Below, in pieces: positions 19,590 to 29,365 of a DNA stretch of 64,000 bases. The DNA is from Chloroflexota bacterium (lineage in GTDB: Bacteria; Chloroflexota; UBA11872; VXNJ01): assembly GCA_965207915.1 (NCBI GenBank), contig OZ242304.1:1389581-1453580 (forward strand). The letters run 5' to 3'. The notes beneath the pieces were generated by a model that had not been told where the DNA came from, did no database searches, and saw nothing but the letters and a program-made list of their open reading frames with translations. Made by a program: the position numbers and the translations under genes. Within the stretch, counting starts at the first letter, position 1. Each line of letters opens with the position of its first letter.

Positions 19590-21524
19590 ATGTACGGGGT
19601 CGATCTGACCCGCCGGGCCGGAGCCGGCGGCCTGGACCGCGTCATCGGACGCGGCGCCGAGACGCGCCGGGTCCAGGAGATCCTGCTGCGGCGCAACAAG
19701 AACAACCCCTTGCTCGTCGGCGACGCCGGGGTCGGCAAGACCGCGATCGTCGAGGGGCTGGCGCAGCGCATCGTGGCCGGCCGGGTGCCGCCCCAGTTGC
19801 TCGAACAGCGCCTTATCACCCTGGACCTTGCAGCCATGATCGCCGGGGCGCGCTACCGCGGTGAATTTGAGCAGCGGATAAAACTGCTGCTCAAGGAAGT
19901 GGCCGAGGCCAAGGACGTAATCCTCTTCATCGACGAGATCCATTCGATCCTGGGCGCGGGGGGCGTCAGCGGAACGATGGATGCCGCCGGCCTGCTAAAG
20001 CCGGCCCTGGCGCGCGGCCAGATCCGCGTGATCGGGGCTACCACCTGGCGCGAATACCGGCGATTCTTCGTGCGCGACGCAACCCTGCAGCGGCGCTTCC
20101 AGACGGTCGCGGTGGAGGAGCCCGACCCCGAAGATGCCCGGGCGGTCCTCGAAGGTCTGCGCGAGACCTACGAGGAGTTCCACGGCCTGCCGATCTCGGA
20201 CGAGGCGATCGAGTCCGCGGTGCGGCTCTCGGACCGCTACATCCCGGACCGCCAGCTGCCGGACAAGGCGATTGACTTGATCGACGAAGCGCTGGCGCGG
20301 CGCAAGACCGACCGCCTGATGCCGCCGGACGAGATCAAGAAGATGCGCAAGGAGCTGACCCGCTTCCGCGAAAAGCGGGCCGAACTGGCAGTCGACGGCG
20401 ACCAGGCGGACCTGTTGGCCGAATTTGCCGCCGAATCGCGGCTGCGCGAGAAATTGATCGTGGCCCGCCGCCGCTGGTACCGCCGTCTGCAGCAGAGCGC
20501 GACCCCCATCGACGAGAAGGCGGTAGCTGAGGTAGTTGCCGGGGCGACCGGGATCAACCTGGCCGATCTGACCGCGACCGAGTCGGGCCGGTACCTGGAA
20601 CTGGAAACGCGACTGCGCCGGTCCCTGGTCGGCCAGGAGCAGGCGGCGCGCGAAGTCGCCAATTCGCTCAAACGGGCCGCCGCCGGCCTGAAGGCGCGGG
20701 AGCGGCCGATAGGGGTCCTGCTGCTGGCCGGCCCCTCCGGGGTGGGCAAGAGCGAGCTTTCCGAGCTGCTGGCCGAATTCGTGTCCGGCAGCCGCGACAA
20801 GCTGGTGCGGATCGACATGTCCGAACTGAGCGAACCGTTCTCGGTCTCGCGCCTTATCGGCGCGCCGCCGGGCTATGTCGGCTACGACGAGGCCGGCCGC
20901 CTGACCGAGGCCGTGCGTCGCGAGCCGTATTGCGTGGTCCTTTTCGACGAAATTGAAAAGGCGCACCCGCAAGTGCTCTCCCTCCTGCTCCAGATCATGG
21001 ACACCGGGGCGCTCACCGACGCGGCCGGGCGCAAGGCTGATTTCCGCCACGCGATCGTTCTGCTTTCGACCACCGCCGGCGGGCGCGGCGGCGCCGGAAT
21101 CGGGTTCGCGGGGTCCGGTCCGGGCCGCATCGAGCCGGTCGATCCCGACCGCCTGGCCGGCGAGTTGCGCCGCCGCCTGGCGCCGGAATTTGTGAACCGG
21201 ATCGATCGCATCGTTCCCTTCCGCGAGCTGGCCGAGGAGGACTACCGCGAGATCGCGCGGCGGCTCTTGGCGGCGGTGGCCCGACGGGCCGATGGTCAGG
21301 GCGCCCGGATCGAGTTCTCCGGCGCGGTTCTGGAGGCGCTGATCGCGCGCGCCCTGGAAGCCGGCAACGGGGCCAGGCCGCTGCGGGCGGCGGTCGAGCA
21401 CGAGATAGAAGAGCAACTGGCTGCGGCCATGATCGCCGCCGGCCAGGACGGCCCGCGTGACTTCGAGGTGGGATACGAGGACGGGCGGTTCGAAGTGACC
21501 GAGTCGGCGGCGGAGCCGGTTTAG
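19590..21524 (+). CDS. Clp/Hsp100 family AAA+ ATPase (ClpC/ClpB-like, lacking N-domain)
   Basis: Two AAA+ modules: AAA1 LVGDAGVGKTAIVEGLAQRIV and AAA2 LLAGPSGVGKSELS with a short middle linker. Starts at MYGVDLT (the ClpB YGRDLT linker equivalent). The upstream in-frame extension is Arg/Cys-rich and implausible. Confidence 0.8.
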   Translation: MYGVDLTRRAGAGGLDRVIGRGAETRRVQEILLRRNKNNPLLVGDAGVGKTAIVEGLAQRIVAGRVPPQLLEQRLITLDLAAMIAGARYRGEFEQRIKLLLKEVAEAKDVILFIDEIHSILGAGGVSGTMDAAGLLKPALARGQIRVIGATTWREYRRFFVRDATLQRRFQTVAVEEPDPEDARAVLEGLRETYEEFHGLPISDEAIESAVRLSDRYIPDRQLPDKAIDLIDEALARRKTDRLMPPDEIKKMRKELTRFREKRAELAVDGDQADLLAEFAAESRLREKLIVARRRWYRRLQQSATPIDEKAVAEVVAGATGINLADLTATESGRYLELETRLRRSLVGQEQAAREVANSLKRAAAGLKARERPIGVLLLAGPSGVGKSELSELLAEFVSGSRDKLVRIDMSELSEPFSVSRLIGAPPGYVGYDEAGRLTEAVRREPYCVVLFDEIEKAHPQVLSLLLQIMDTGALTDAAGRKADFRHAIVLLSTTAGGRGGAGIGFAGSGPGRIEPVDPDRLAGELRRRLAPEFVNRIDRIVPFRELAEEDYREIARRLLAAVARRADGQGARIEFSGAVLEALIARALEAGNGARPLRAAVEHEIEEQLAAAMIAAGQDGPRDFEVGYEDGRFEVTESAAEPV

Positions 21525-21611
21525 GAGATTTGGCCGCGACCGCGCGGCTAATCTATGTGCTATGTTCGTGCGGTCTGGGATGTGGCGGAACGACCTAGGT
21601 AAGGCGGAGGA

Positions 21612-22463
21612 TTGAAACTACTTGGCCGGGGGTCCGGCAAGGGGCCCGACCTGTGGGTAGAGTGCGGCGGCTGCAAACGGATGCTGCACCGGCGCCGCGA
21701 GTTCGAACAGAACCTGCACGTTTGTCCGCGCTGCAACTGGCACGGGCGAATCGGAGTCTTTCAGCGGCTTGAAATCCTCCTCGACGAGGAGTCCGATTTC
21801 GAACAGGTTGGCCAGGACCTGGTTACCGGCGACCCGCTGGGCTTTAAGCGCGGCGAACTCAGCTACGGCGATCACCTGGCCCGCTACCGCGAGCGCACCG
21901 GCCTCAGCGAGGCCGCAATCGCCGGGCGCGGGCTGGTCGGAGGCCGGCCGATTGCTCTGGCGCTGATCGATTTCCGGTTCCTGGGCGCGTCGATGGGCAC
22001 CGTCGTGGGCGAGAAGGTCGCGCTGGCGATCGAGCTGGCCGAGGCCGAACGAATCCCGCTCCTGATCTGCTCCTGCTCGGGCGGGGCACGGATGCAGGAG
22101 GGCATGCTCTCACTGATGCAGATGGCCAAGACCGCCGCCGCCCTGGAGCGGTTCGGCCGCGGTGGCGGACTCTACATCTCGCTGATGACCGACCCGACCC
22201 TAGCCGGGGTGACGGCGAGCTTCGCCTCGCTGGCCGACGTGATCGTGGCCGAACCGGGGGCCACGGTCGGATTCACCGGGCGGCGGCTGATCGAGCAGAT
22301 CGCCAAGCAGAAGCTGCCCGCCGACGCCCAGAGCGCCGAGTTCATGCAGAAGCGCGGGATGATCGACCTGGTCGTGCCGCGCCGCGCGCAGCGCTCCACG
22401 ATCGTCGGCCTGCTCGATCTCCTTGCCCCGCAGGAAAAGGTCGCCGCGGAGGCGTCGGCGTGA
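21612..22463 (+). CDS. accD: Acetyl-CoA carboxylase carboxyltransferase subunit beta
   Basis: N-terminal zinc ribbon CGGC...CPRC followed by the carboxyltransferase domain. Confidence 0.85.
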   Translation: MKLLGRGSGKGPDLWVECGGCKRMLHRRREFEQNLHVCPRCNWHGRIGVFQRLEILLDEESDFEQVGQDLVTGDPLGFKRGELSYGDHLARYRERTGLSEAAIAGRGLVGGRPIALALIDFRFLGASMGTVVGEKVALAIELAEAERIPLLICSCSGGARMQEGMLSLMQMAKTAAALERFGRGGGLYISLMTDPTLAGVTASFASLADVIVAEPGATVGFTGRRLIEQIAKQKLPADAQSAEFMQKRGMIDLVVPRRAQRSTIVGLLDLLAPQEKVAAEASA

Positions 22464-23458
22464 CGATCCTGGAATTCGAGCTGGGGCTTTCGCAACTGCG
22501 CGCCGAACTGGACGAGCTGCAGCGCGACGGCAACGGCTCGCCGGGGAGGATCGAGCGCCTGAAGCAGCGCTTAAAGAACGAGACCGACGCGGTGTTTGCC
22601 GAACTTACCGACTGGGACCGGGTGCAGCTGGCGCGGCACCCCGACCGCCCGCACACTCTCGATTACGCCAACTGGTGCTTTTCGGGCTTTATCGAACTTC
22701 ACGGCGACCGCAACTTCGGCGACGATCCGGCGATCGTCGGCGGGCCGGCGAGGCTGGGCGAGCAGTCGGTGATGCTGATCGGCCACCAGAAGGGGTCCGA
22801 CGCGCGCGACAACCTGGCGCGAAATTTCGGCATGGCCAGCCCGGAGGGTTTCCGCAAAGCGCGCCGGCTGATGCTGCTGGCCGAAAAATTCGCCCTGCCG
22901 GTGATGACTCTGCTCGACATACCCGGCGCCAGCCCGGTGCTGGAGGCCGAGGAACGCGGCCAGGCCTGGGCCATCGCCGACAACCTGCTGACGATGGCGG
23001 GCCTAAGGACCCCGATCCTGACGATCGTGATCGGCGAGGGCGGCTCCGGCGGAGCGCTGGCCCTGGGAATGGGCGACCGGGTCCTGATGCAGGAGAACAC
23101 CATCTATTCGGTGGCCTCGCCGGAGGGCGCGGCCAGCATCGTCTGGCGTGATTACAAGTACGCCGAGACCGCGGCCGAGGCGCTGAAGCTGACCCCGCGG
23201 CACCTGATCGAGCTCGGGGTAATTGATGGAATCGTCGCCGAACCGCCCGGAGGGGCCCACACCGACGGTCAAGAGGCGGCCCGGTTGCTGCGCGAGACGT
23301 TGACGGCGCAATTGGACGAATTGACCGCTATTCCGACCGCCAGCCTGCTGGAAGCACGCCACGCCAAGTACCGCGCCATGGGGGTTGAACACCTGCGCCG
23401 CGACCCCACGGCCGGCAAGAGCGGGCCGGACGAGGATGGTGGTCCGAACCGAGGCTGA
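22460..23458 (+). CDS. accA: Acetyl-CoA carboxylase carboxyltransferase subunit alpha
   Basis: Typical AccA sequence (DRPHTLDY..., GGSGGALALG). Overlaps the accD stop by 4 nt. Confidence 0.85.
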   Translation: MTILEFELGLSQLRAELDELQRDGNGSPGRIERLKQRLKNETDAVFAELTDWDRVQLARHPDRPHTLDYANWCFSGFIELHGDRNFGDDPAIVGGPARLGEQSVMLIGHQKGSDARDNLARNFGMASPEGFRKARRLMLLAEKFALPVMTLLDIPGASPVLEAEERGQAWAIADNLLTMAGLRTPILTIVIGEGGSGGALALGMGDRVLMQENTIYSVASPEGAASIVWRDYKYAETAAEALKLTPRHLIELGVIDGIVAEPPGGAHTDGQEAARLLRETLTAQLDELTAIPTASLLEARHAKYRAMGVEHLRRDPTAGKSGPDEDGGPNRG

Positions 23459-23565
23459 CCGGCGCCCGGCTTGCGTCCGGACGCTGGGAGCGTCATGGGC
23501 CGGGAACGGAAAAGCGTGGTTTAGTCAGTAACCGCGGTCGGCATCGCCCGGCGCGGACGGCACAA

Positions 23566-24615
23566 CTACTGAAAGTCCTCAACCACGTCCAACAGCTGGG
23601 CGGTCAGTTTGCGGTTGGTCCCGACCGCAGCGTCGAGCGGGAAATCGACGATCGTCTGGTTCACCAGCGCCGGCATGTGCCCCCAGCGACCGCGTTCGGC
23701 CAGCGCCACCGCGCCGCGCCCGAGGCGCGTGCCCAGGACCCGGTCGTAGGCGCTTACCGTGCCGCCTCGCTGGGTGTGCCCGAGAACGACTTCGCGGGTC
23801 GAATAAGGGGTTCCTTCGGAGATCGCGGTAGCCAGCCGGGCGGCCAGCCGGCGGGTCGCCAGCAGTTCGTGACCAAACTGGTCGCGCTCGTCGACCCGGG
23901 CTGATGTGTCGCCCAGACCCGCGACCTGGGCACCCTCGGAGACGACCACCAGCGCGTAAGGCTGCCCGGCCGCGTGGCGGCGCCCCAGCACCGCGATCAC
24001 GTCGGCTACGTCGGTCTCGGTCTCGGGCAACAGCACATAGTCGGCGCCGGCCGCTATTCCGGCGTAAGCCGCCACCCAACCGGCGTCGCGGCCCATGGTC
24101 TCGACCACGATCGCGCGGCGGTGCGAGCGGGCGGTGGTGCGCAGGCTGTCGATGGCTTCGGTCACGCGGGTGATCGCGGTATGGAAACCGATGCAGTAGT
24201 TGGTCCCGGTCACGTCGTTGTCCATCGTTTTGGGGGCCCCGACCACCGGGTAGCCGTCGGCGGCCAGCTGGGCGGCCACCGAGAGCGTGTCGTCGCCGCC
24301 GATCGCCACCAGGGCGTCGATCCCGCCGGGGTCGAACAGGCGGGTGACACGGGCGTAGGTGGCATCGTCGCGGCGCGGATCGGTGCGCGAAGTGCCCAGC
24401 ATGGTCCCGCCCTGGTAGATGATTTCGGCAACGTCCTCGGGGACTAGCTCGGAGTAGTCGTCCTCCAGCGCGCCGGCCCAACCGTTCCGGTAACCGCGGA
24501 CGGTCCAGCCGCGCCGGGAAGCCTGCAGAACGACTGCGCGGATTGCTGCGTTGAGGCCGCAGCAGTCGCCGCCGCCGGTGAGCAGACCGATGGTTCGTAT
24601 CTGCCTTTCTGCCAT
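23566..24615 (-). CDS. 6-phosphofructokinase, probably pyrophosphate-dependent (PPi-PFK)
   Basis: LLTGGGDCCGLNAAIR and the PFK-A fold. The motif GGDDT replaces GGDGS, and Lys in PKTMDNDV replaces the Gly of PGTIDND. Both substitutions are the known signatures of PPi-dependent PFKs. Confidence 0.8.
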   Translation of the reverse strand: MAERQIRTIGLLTGGGDCCGLNAAIRAVVLQASRRGWTVRGYRNGWAGALEDDYSELVPEDVAEIIYQGGTMLGTSRTDPRRDDATYARVTRLFDPGGIDALVAIGGDDTLSVAAQLAADGYPVVGAPKTMDNDVTGTNYCIGFHTAITRVTEAIDSLRTTARSHRRAIVVETMGRDAGWVAAYAGIAAGADYVLLPETETDVADVIAVLGRRHAAGQPYALVVVSEGAQVAGLGDTSARVDERDQFGHELLATRRLAARLATAISEGTPYSTREVVLGHTQRGGTVSAYDRVLGTRLGRGAVALAERGRWGHMPALVNQTIVDFPLDAAVGTNRKLTAQLLDVVEDFQ

Positions 24616-24674
24616 CGCAATTCAAACTTTCGGGTGGATCTTTTGACGAAGGTCGGCAATCCAAATGATGAACA

Positions 24675-25421
24675 ATGCGCGCCGATCGGCCGGCAATGGA
24701 GTTTGAAACCCTCACCCTGCCGCTGCCGCCAGGGAGCGGATTGGCGGGCCTGCGCATCCTGCACCTCTCCGACATCCACGCCCGCGGCGCCGGCTCGGCG
24801 GCCGTCCGCGCGGTCGGGGACCTGGCCGGCGTCGACTGTGACATCGTCTGCCTCACCGGAGATTTGGTTGAGCGCCCCGACGGCATGGATCCGCTGGGCC
24901 GGGCCCTGGCCGGGCTTTCGCCGAAGCTGGGAATCTACGCCTGTCCCGGAAACCACGACCGCCAGCTCCCGCCCGGCGTGTTCGAGGAGGGTTTCGAGCG
25001 CTGGGACGTGGAGCTGCTGGTCAACCGGAGCCTGGTGCTCGAACACGCCGGGACCCGGTTCAACCTGGTCGGGACCGATGATCCCTACCACTACCGGCAC
25101 GACCTTGCCGTCGCCTACGCCGGCGTTGACGAAAGCCTGGGGGTCCTGCTGCTCATCCACACCCCGGACGGGGTCTTCGATCTCGGCGGCCGTCGCAGCG
25201 ACCTGGCCCTGAGCGGCCACACCCACGGCGGGCAGGTCTGTCCGCCGTTGCTGCCCGTCTCCACCAACACCCGCAATCGACTGCCGGACGCGCAGGGGGT
25301 AATGCTCCTGGACGGGTACCTCTGTCACGTCAGCGCCGGATTGGGCTGGTCGACCGTCCCCTGGCGCTGGCGTTGCCCCCCGAAGTCCCACCTGCTGGAG
25401 CTGGTCGAGGTATCGCCCTGA
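24675..25421 (+). CDS. Metallophosphoesterase (calcineurin-like)
   Basis: Motifs ILHLSDIH, GDLV, GNHD and GHTHGGQ. The true start is possibly ATG at 24696 (MEFETL). Confidence 0.7.
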   Translation: MRADRPAMEFETLTLPLPPGSGLAGLRILHLSDIHARGAGSAAVRAVGDLAGVDCDIVCLTGDLVERPDGMDPLGRALAGLSPKLGIYACPGNHDRQLPPGVFEEGFERWDVELLVNRSLVLEHAGTRFNLVGTDDPYHYRHDLAVAYAGVDESLGVLLLIHTPDGVFDLGGRRSDLALSGHTHGGQVCPPLLPVSTNTRNRLPDAQGVMLLDGYLCHVSAGLGWSTVPWRWRCPPKSHLLELVEVSP

Positions 25422-25496
25422 GGGCCCCGACGGCGCTCGGGTCCCGGGAGCCGGCCTGCGATGATTGCAGGTTCAGAGAGCAAGTGACGGGCATCC

Positions 25497-27458
25497 ATGG
25501 GTAAGGACTTGGCCGATCCGCAGATAGCACCCTACGGTTCCTGGGAGTCGCCAATCGACCCGGCGATGCTGACCGAGGGCGCCTTGCGTTTCGATGAAAT
25601 CGATGTCGATGGCGACGACCTGTACTGGGTCGAATCGCGGCCCGATGAGCAGGGTCGCTACGCGGCGATGCGCTACACCGGGAGCGGCGAGTTGGCGGAG
25701 GTCTCCCCGCCCCAGCACAGCGCCCGCACCCTGGTCCACGAATACGGCGGCGGCTCGTTCGCCGTCTCCAACGGCGTGAGCTACTACTCGAACTTTGCCG
25801 ACCAGCGCCTCTACCGTCGGCCCGTGGACGGCTCGGAAGAGGCGATTCCGCTGACCCCCGAGGGCCCGCTGCGCTATGCCGACGCCAGCGTCGACGATCG
25901 CCGCGACCGGCTGATCTGCGTCGTGGAGGACCACCGCCGGGAGGGGCTCGAGGCCGAGAACTACCTGGCCGCGGTGACAACCGACGGGGCTGAGGCGGAA
26001 CCTACCAAGCTGCACGCCGGCTTCGACTTCTATTCATCGCCGCGCCTGAGCCCCGACGGCCGCCTGCTGGCCTGGACCTGCTGGAACCATCCGAACATGC
26101 CCTGGGACGCGACCGAGCTCTGGCTGGCCGAAATCGCCGCTGACGGCGGGCTGCTCGGGTCGCGCCGGATCGCCGGCGACGCCGGGGGCGAGGTCTCCGT
26201 CATCGAGCCGCAGTGGGGCCCGGACGGGACTCTGTTTTTCGTCTCCGACCACTCCGGCTGGTGGAATATCCAGCGCTGGGACGGCGACGGGTTCGCGCCC
26301 GTAAATTGCCTGCCGGCCGAGTTCGGGCAGCCGCAGTGGGAATTCTCGATGTCCACCTACGCGGTACTGGACGAGCGCCGCCTGGCCACCCAGTACGCCA
26401 ACGCGGACGGGCACCGGCTCGGAGTGCTGGACGTCGAATCGGGCGAGTTGAGCGAGATCAAGACTCCGTTTAACGCGTTCGGACATTTCACCGCCGCCTG
26501 CCGGGGCCGGATCGTCTTAGCCGCCGCCGGTCCCGCCGTCGGGACGGCGATCGTCGCCATCGACCCGCGCAACGGGGAGGTCGAGACGCTCCGCGCCTCG
26601 TCGGGCCCAGACCTCGACCCTTCCTTTGTTTCCGAGGCCGAGGCGATCACATTCCCCACCGCAGGAGGCCAGGCCGCGCACGCCTTCTACTACCCGCCGA
26701 ACAATCCGAGGTTCGCGGCGCCTGCCGGCGAGCTGCCGCCGTTGCTCACTTTCATCCACGGCGGCCCGACCGGCGCGACCGGCGCCGGCTTCAGCCTCGC
26801 CGTCCAGTTCTGGACCACGCGCGGTTTCGCGGTGGTCGACGTCAATTACCGCGGTTCGACCGGTTTCGGCACTGCCTACCGTCGCCTGCTGAACGGCAAC
26901 TGGGGGGTCTTCGACCGCGAAGACTGCGAAGCGGCCGCCAGACACCTGGTCGACCGCGGTTGTGTCGACGGTAAGCGGCTGGCCATTCGCGGCGGTTCGG
27001 CGGGCGGCTATACGACCCTGTGCGCGCTGACCTTCGGCGAAGTGTTCACGGCCGGCGCCTCCTACTTCGGCGTCTCGGACGTGGCGGCCCTGGCGCAGGA
27101 CACGCACAAGTTCGAGTCGCGCTACCTCGACTCGCTGATCGGGCCCTACCCCGAGCGGGCGGATCTCTATCGGCGGCGCTCGCCGATCAACGCGGTCGAC
27201 CGGCTGTCCTGCCCGGTCGTCTTCCTGCAGGGCCTTGAAGACAAGATCGTGCCCCCCGACCAGGCCGAGCGGATGGTGGAGGAACTGCGCCGCAAGGGTC
27301 TGCCGGTCGCCTACCTGCCGTTCGCCGGCGAGCAGCACGGGTTCCGGCAGGCGGCCAACATCCAGCGCGCTGCCGAGGCGGAACTTTCTTTTTACGGCCG
27401 GATCTTCGGGTTCGCGCCGGCCGGCGACATCGAGCCGGTCGAGATCGCGAACCTCTAG
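25497..27458 (+). CDS. S9 family serine peptidase (prolyl oligopeptidase/acylaminoacyl-peptidase type)
   Basis: N-terminal beta-propeller-like region and a C-terminal alpha/beta hydrolase with the nucleophile motif GGSAGGY and catalytic His in GEQHGF. Confidence 0.8.
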   Translation: MGKDLADPQIAPYGSWESPIDPAMLTEGALRFDEIDVDGDDLYWVESRPDEQGRYAAMRYTGSGELAEVSPPQHSARTLVHEYGGGSFAVSNGVSYYSNFADQRLYRRPVDGSEEAIPLTPEGPLRYADASVDDRRDRLICVVEDHRREGLEAENYLAAVTTDGAEAEPTKLHAGFDFYSSPRLSPDGRLLAWTCWNHPNMPWDATELWLAEIAADGGLLGSRRIAGDAGGEVSVIEPQWGPDGTLFFVSDHSGWWNIQRWDGDGFAPVNCLPAEFGQPQWEFSMSTYAVLDERRLATQYANADGHRLGVLDVESGELSEIKTPFNAFGHFTAACRGRIVLAAAGPAVGTAIVAIDPRNGEVETLRASSGPDLDPSFVSEAEAITFPTAGGQAAHAFYYPPNNPRFAAPAGELPPLLTFIHGGPTGATGAGFSLAVQFWTTRGFAVVDVNYRGSTGFGTAYRRLLNGNWGVFDREDCEAAARHLVDRGCVDGKRLAIRGGSAGGYTTLCALTFGEVFTAGASYFGVSDVAALAQDTHKFESRYLDSLIGPYPERADLYRRRSPINAVDRLSCPVVFLQGLEDKIVPPDQAERMVEELRRKGLPVAYLPFAGEQHGFRQAANIQRAAEAELSFYGRIFGFAPAGDIEPVEIANL

Positions 27459-27607
27459 TTGCCTCCTGCCCTCAAGATCTCGGTGTCCGGTTCGCGTGCC
27501 GCCGCGGCGTCGGCCCCGTGAAACCGCCCCTGCTCCCGGCCGAAAGCGCGCTTCCCGGGACCGACCGGAACCCCGGCCGGAGCGCTTCGGAACCCGCCCT
27601 GCGCCCC

Positions 27608-29116
27608 ATGGGGATCGAGACCGAGTACGGAATGATCTGCCTCGGCTTCGAGGGGCCGGTGGACTTTGCGTTTGAGGCCTCTACGCTGGTGCGGGCGGCC
27701 GAAATCGAACCGGTGTTCCGGGGCTGGGACTATTCGCACGAGGACGGCCGGCTGGATCTCTTCGGCCAACGCCATCGCCTGGCCCGCGATCCGGGCGATC
27801 TGGCCGACAACCGGCGCCGCAGCGCCGGGCTGTCGCGGCAGGAGCTCATCGCCGACACGGTCCTGCCGAATGGCGCCCGCTACTACAACGATCACAACCA
27901 CCCCGAGTACTGCACCGACGTGACCCGCTCGGTCTTCGAGCTGGTCCGCCAGGACGCCGCCGGCGAGGAGCTGTTGCTCTCCTGCCAGAGAGTCCGCAAC
28001 GCCGCCGGCCTGGAGGGCCAGGTACTGGTAGTCAAAAACAACACCGACTACCACGGTCGCTCCTATGGCACGCACGAGAACTACCTGGTCGACCGCCGGC
28101 TCGACCTGCGGTTCCTGATCGGCCAGCTGGTCCCGTTCCTGGTCTCGCGGATCGCCCTGACCGGCGCCGGCAAGTTCGGCAGCGAAGGGCAGCACGCCGA
28201 CCGGTCGGTCGGGCTGCAGATATCGCAGCGGGCCGATTTCTTCGCCCGCGTCAGCGGCATCAACACCACCACCGACCGCCCGATCTTCAACACCCGCGAC
28301 GAACCGCACAGCCGGCCCGACCGCTACCGCCGCCTGCACGTGATCTGCGGAGACGCCAACCGCTCGCACTACCAGACGGCGCTCAAGGCGGGCCTGACGG
28401 CGCTAGTGCTGGATCGGATCGAGGCCGGCCACGACTTCGGGGTCGCGCTCAACGACCCGGTCCGGGCGATGCGCGCCTTCTCGCGCGATCCGGGCCTTGA
28501 GGCCGTGGTCGAGACTTCGCGCGGGCGCCTGGCGTTGCTGGACGTATTGGAAATCTACCTGGACGCGGTGACCGAGTCGGCGCCGGGATCGGGTGAACGC
28601 GCCTGGATCATCGGCCAGAGTCGCGAACTGCTCGACCAGCTGCGCAGCGATCCCTCGGCGGCCGCCGACCGGGTCGACTGGTGCGCCAAAGCCGGGCTGG
28701 TCGCCGCGCTCGAGGACGGCGGGGAACCCCTTACCGGTTCCGAGCTGCAGCGCCTGGATCTGGCCTACCATTACCTCGATCCGCGCTACTCGACGCACCT
28801 CCAGCTGGTCGGCCAGGGCCGGATGCGCTCCCTGGTGGCGCCGGAGCAGGCGGGCGCGGCGCTGCGCCGCGCGCCAAGTGACACCCGGGCCCGCCTGCGC
28901 GGCCTGCTCGTTGCCCGATTCGGCGGACTGATCGAGGCGATCGAATGGGACTCGGTGCAACTGCGCCTCGGCGACCGGCGGCTGCGGATCGATCTGGGCG
29001 AGGTCCATTCAGGCGATATCGACGAACTCTCGGCCGCGGCCGAGCGGGCGGCCGACGCCGCGGCCTTGGAGCGCGCGCTGGCCCGCTCCGGACTGGTCGC
29101 GTTCGGGGAACGATAA
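27608..29116 (+). CDS. Pup ligase/deamidase family protein (PafA-like by N-terminal motif GIETEYG)
   Basis: MGIETEYG N-terminus and the carboxylate-amine ligase fold typical of PafA/Dop. Assigning it as PafA rather than Dop is tentative. Confidence 0.75.
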   Translation: MGIETEYGMICLGFEGPVDFAFEASTLVRAAEIEPVFRGWDYSHEDGRLDLFGQRHRLARDPGDLADNRRRSAGLSRQELIADTVLPNGARYYNDHNHPEYCTDVTRSVFELVRQDAAGEELLLSCQRVRNAAGLEGQVLVVKNNTDYHGRSYGTHENYLVDRRLDLRFLIGQLVPFLVSRIALTGAGKFGSEGQHADRSVGLQISQRADFFARVSGINTTTDRPIFNTRDEPHSRPDRYRRLHVICGDANRSHYQTALKAGLTALVLDRIEAGHDFGVALNDPVRAMRAFSRDPGLEAVVETSRGRLALLDVLEIYLDAVTESAPGSGERAWIIGQSRELLDQLRSDPSAAADRVDWCAKAGLVAALEDGGEPLTGSELQRLDLAYHYLDPRYSTHLQLVGQGRMRSLVAPEQAGAALRRAPSDTRARLRGLLVARFGGLIEAIEWDSVQLRLGDRRLRIDLGEVHSGDIDELSAAAERAADAAALERALARSGLVAFGER

Positions 29117-29146
29117 TCGCGGCACCTTGGTGATAGCCGGGTCGAT

Positions 29147-29359
29147 TTGAGAGGCAGGTTGCAGGTGCGTTCAGATCAAGTCGACGCCGGTCCGGACCGA
29201 ATCTGCCTGGAGACCGACGCACCGGCCAAACCGGACACTGAGACCGAGACCGATCCGGCCGAGGCGCCGGACGAGGGCAAGGAAGAGGAGCTCGGCGAGC
29301 GGGTACGGCGGATCATCCGCGAAATCCCCGATCCGACGCCGCAACCGGGCGGGCAGTAG
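29147..29359 (+). CDS. Pup/UBact-like small protein modifier (ends in GGQ)
   Basis: About 65-70 aa, acidic and disordered (DTETETDPAEAPDEGKEEELGERVRR), terminating in GGQ. It sits between two Pup-ligase-family genes, 7 nt upstream of the next. Non-ATG start: TTG at 29147 or GTG at 29165. Confidence 0.5.
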   Translation: MRGRLQVRSDQVDAGPDRICLETDAPAKPDTETETDPAEAPDEGKEEELGERVRRIIREIPDPTPQPGGQ

Positions 29360-29365
29360 AAGGCC

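Noticed and set aside
23579-24886. 435-aa minus-strand ORF overlapping the PFK gene in another frame
   Set aside because: Pro/Arg/Gly-rich low-complexity translation. The PFK frame has full-length family signatures.
29117-29365. Proteasome subunit genes prcB/prcA expected between dop and pup/pafA
   Set aside because: Only a 250-bp gap containing the small Pup-like ORF exists here. There is no room for prcBA and no proteasome-like ORFs anywhere in the window.
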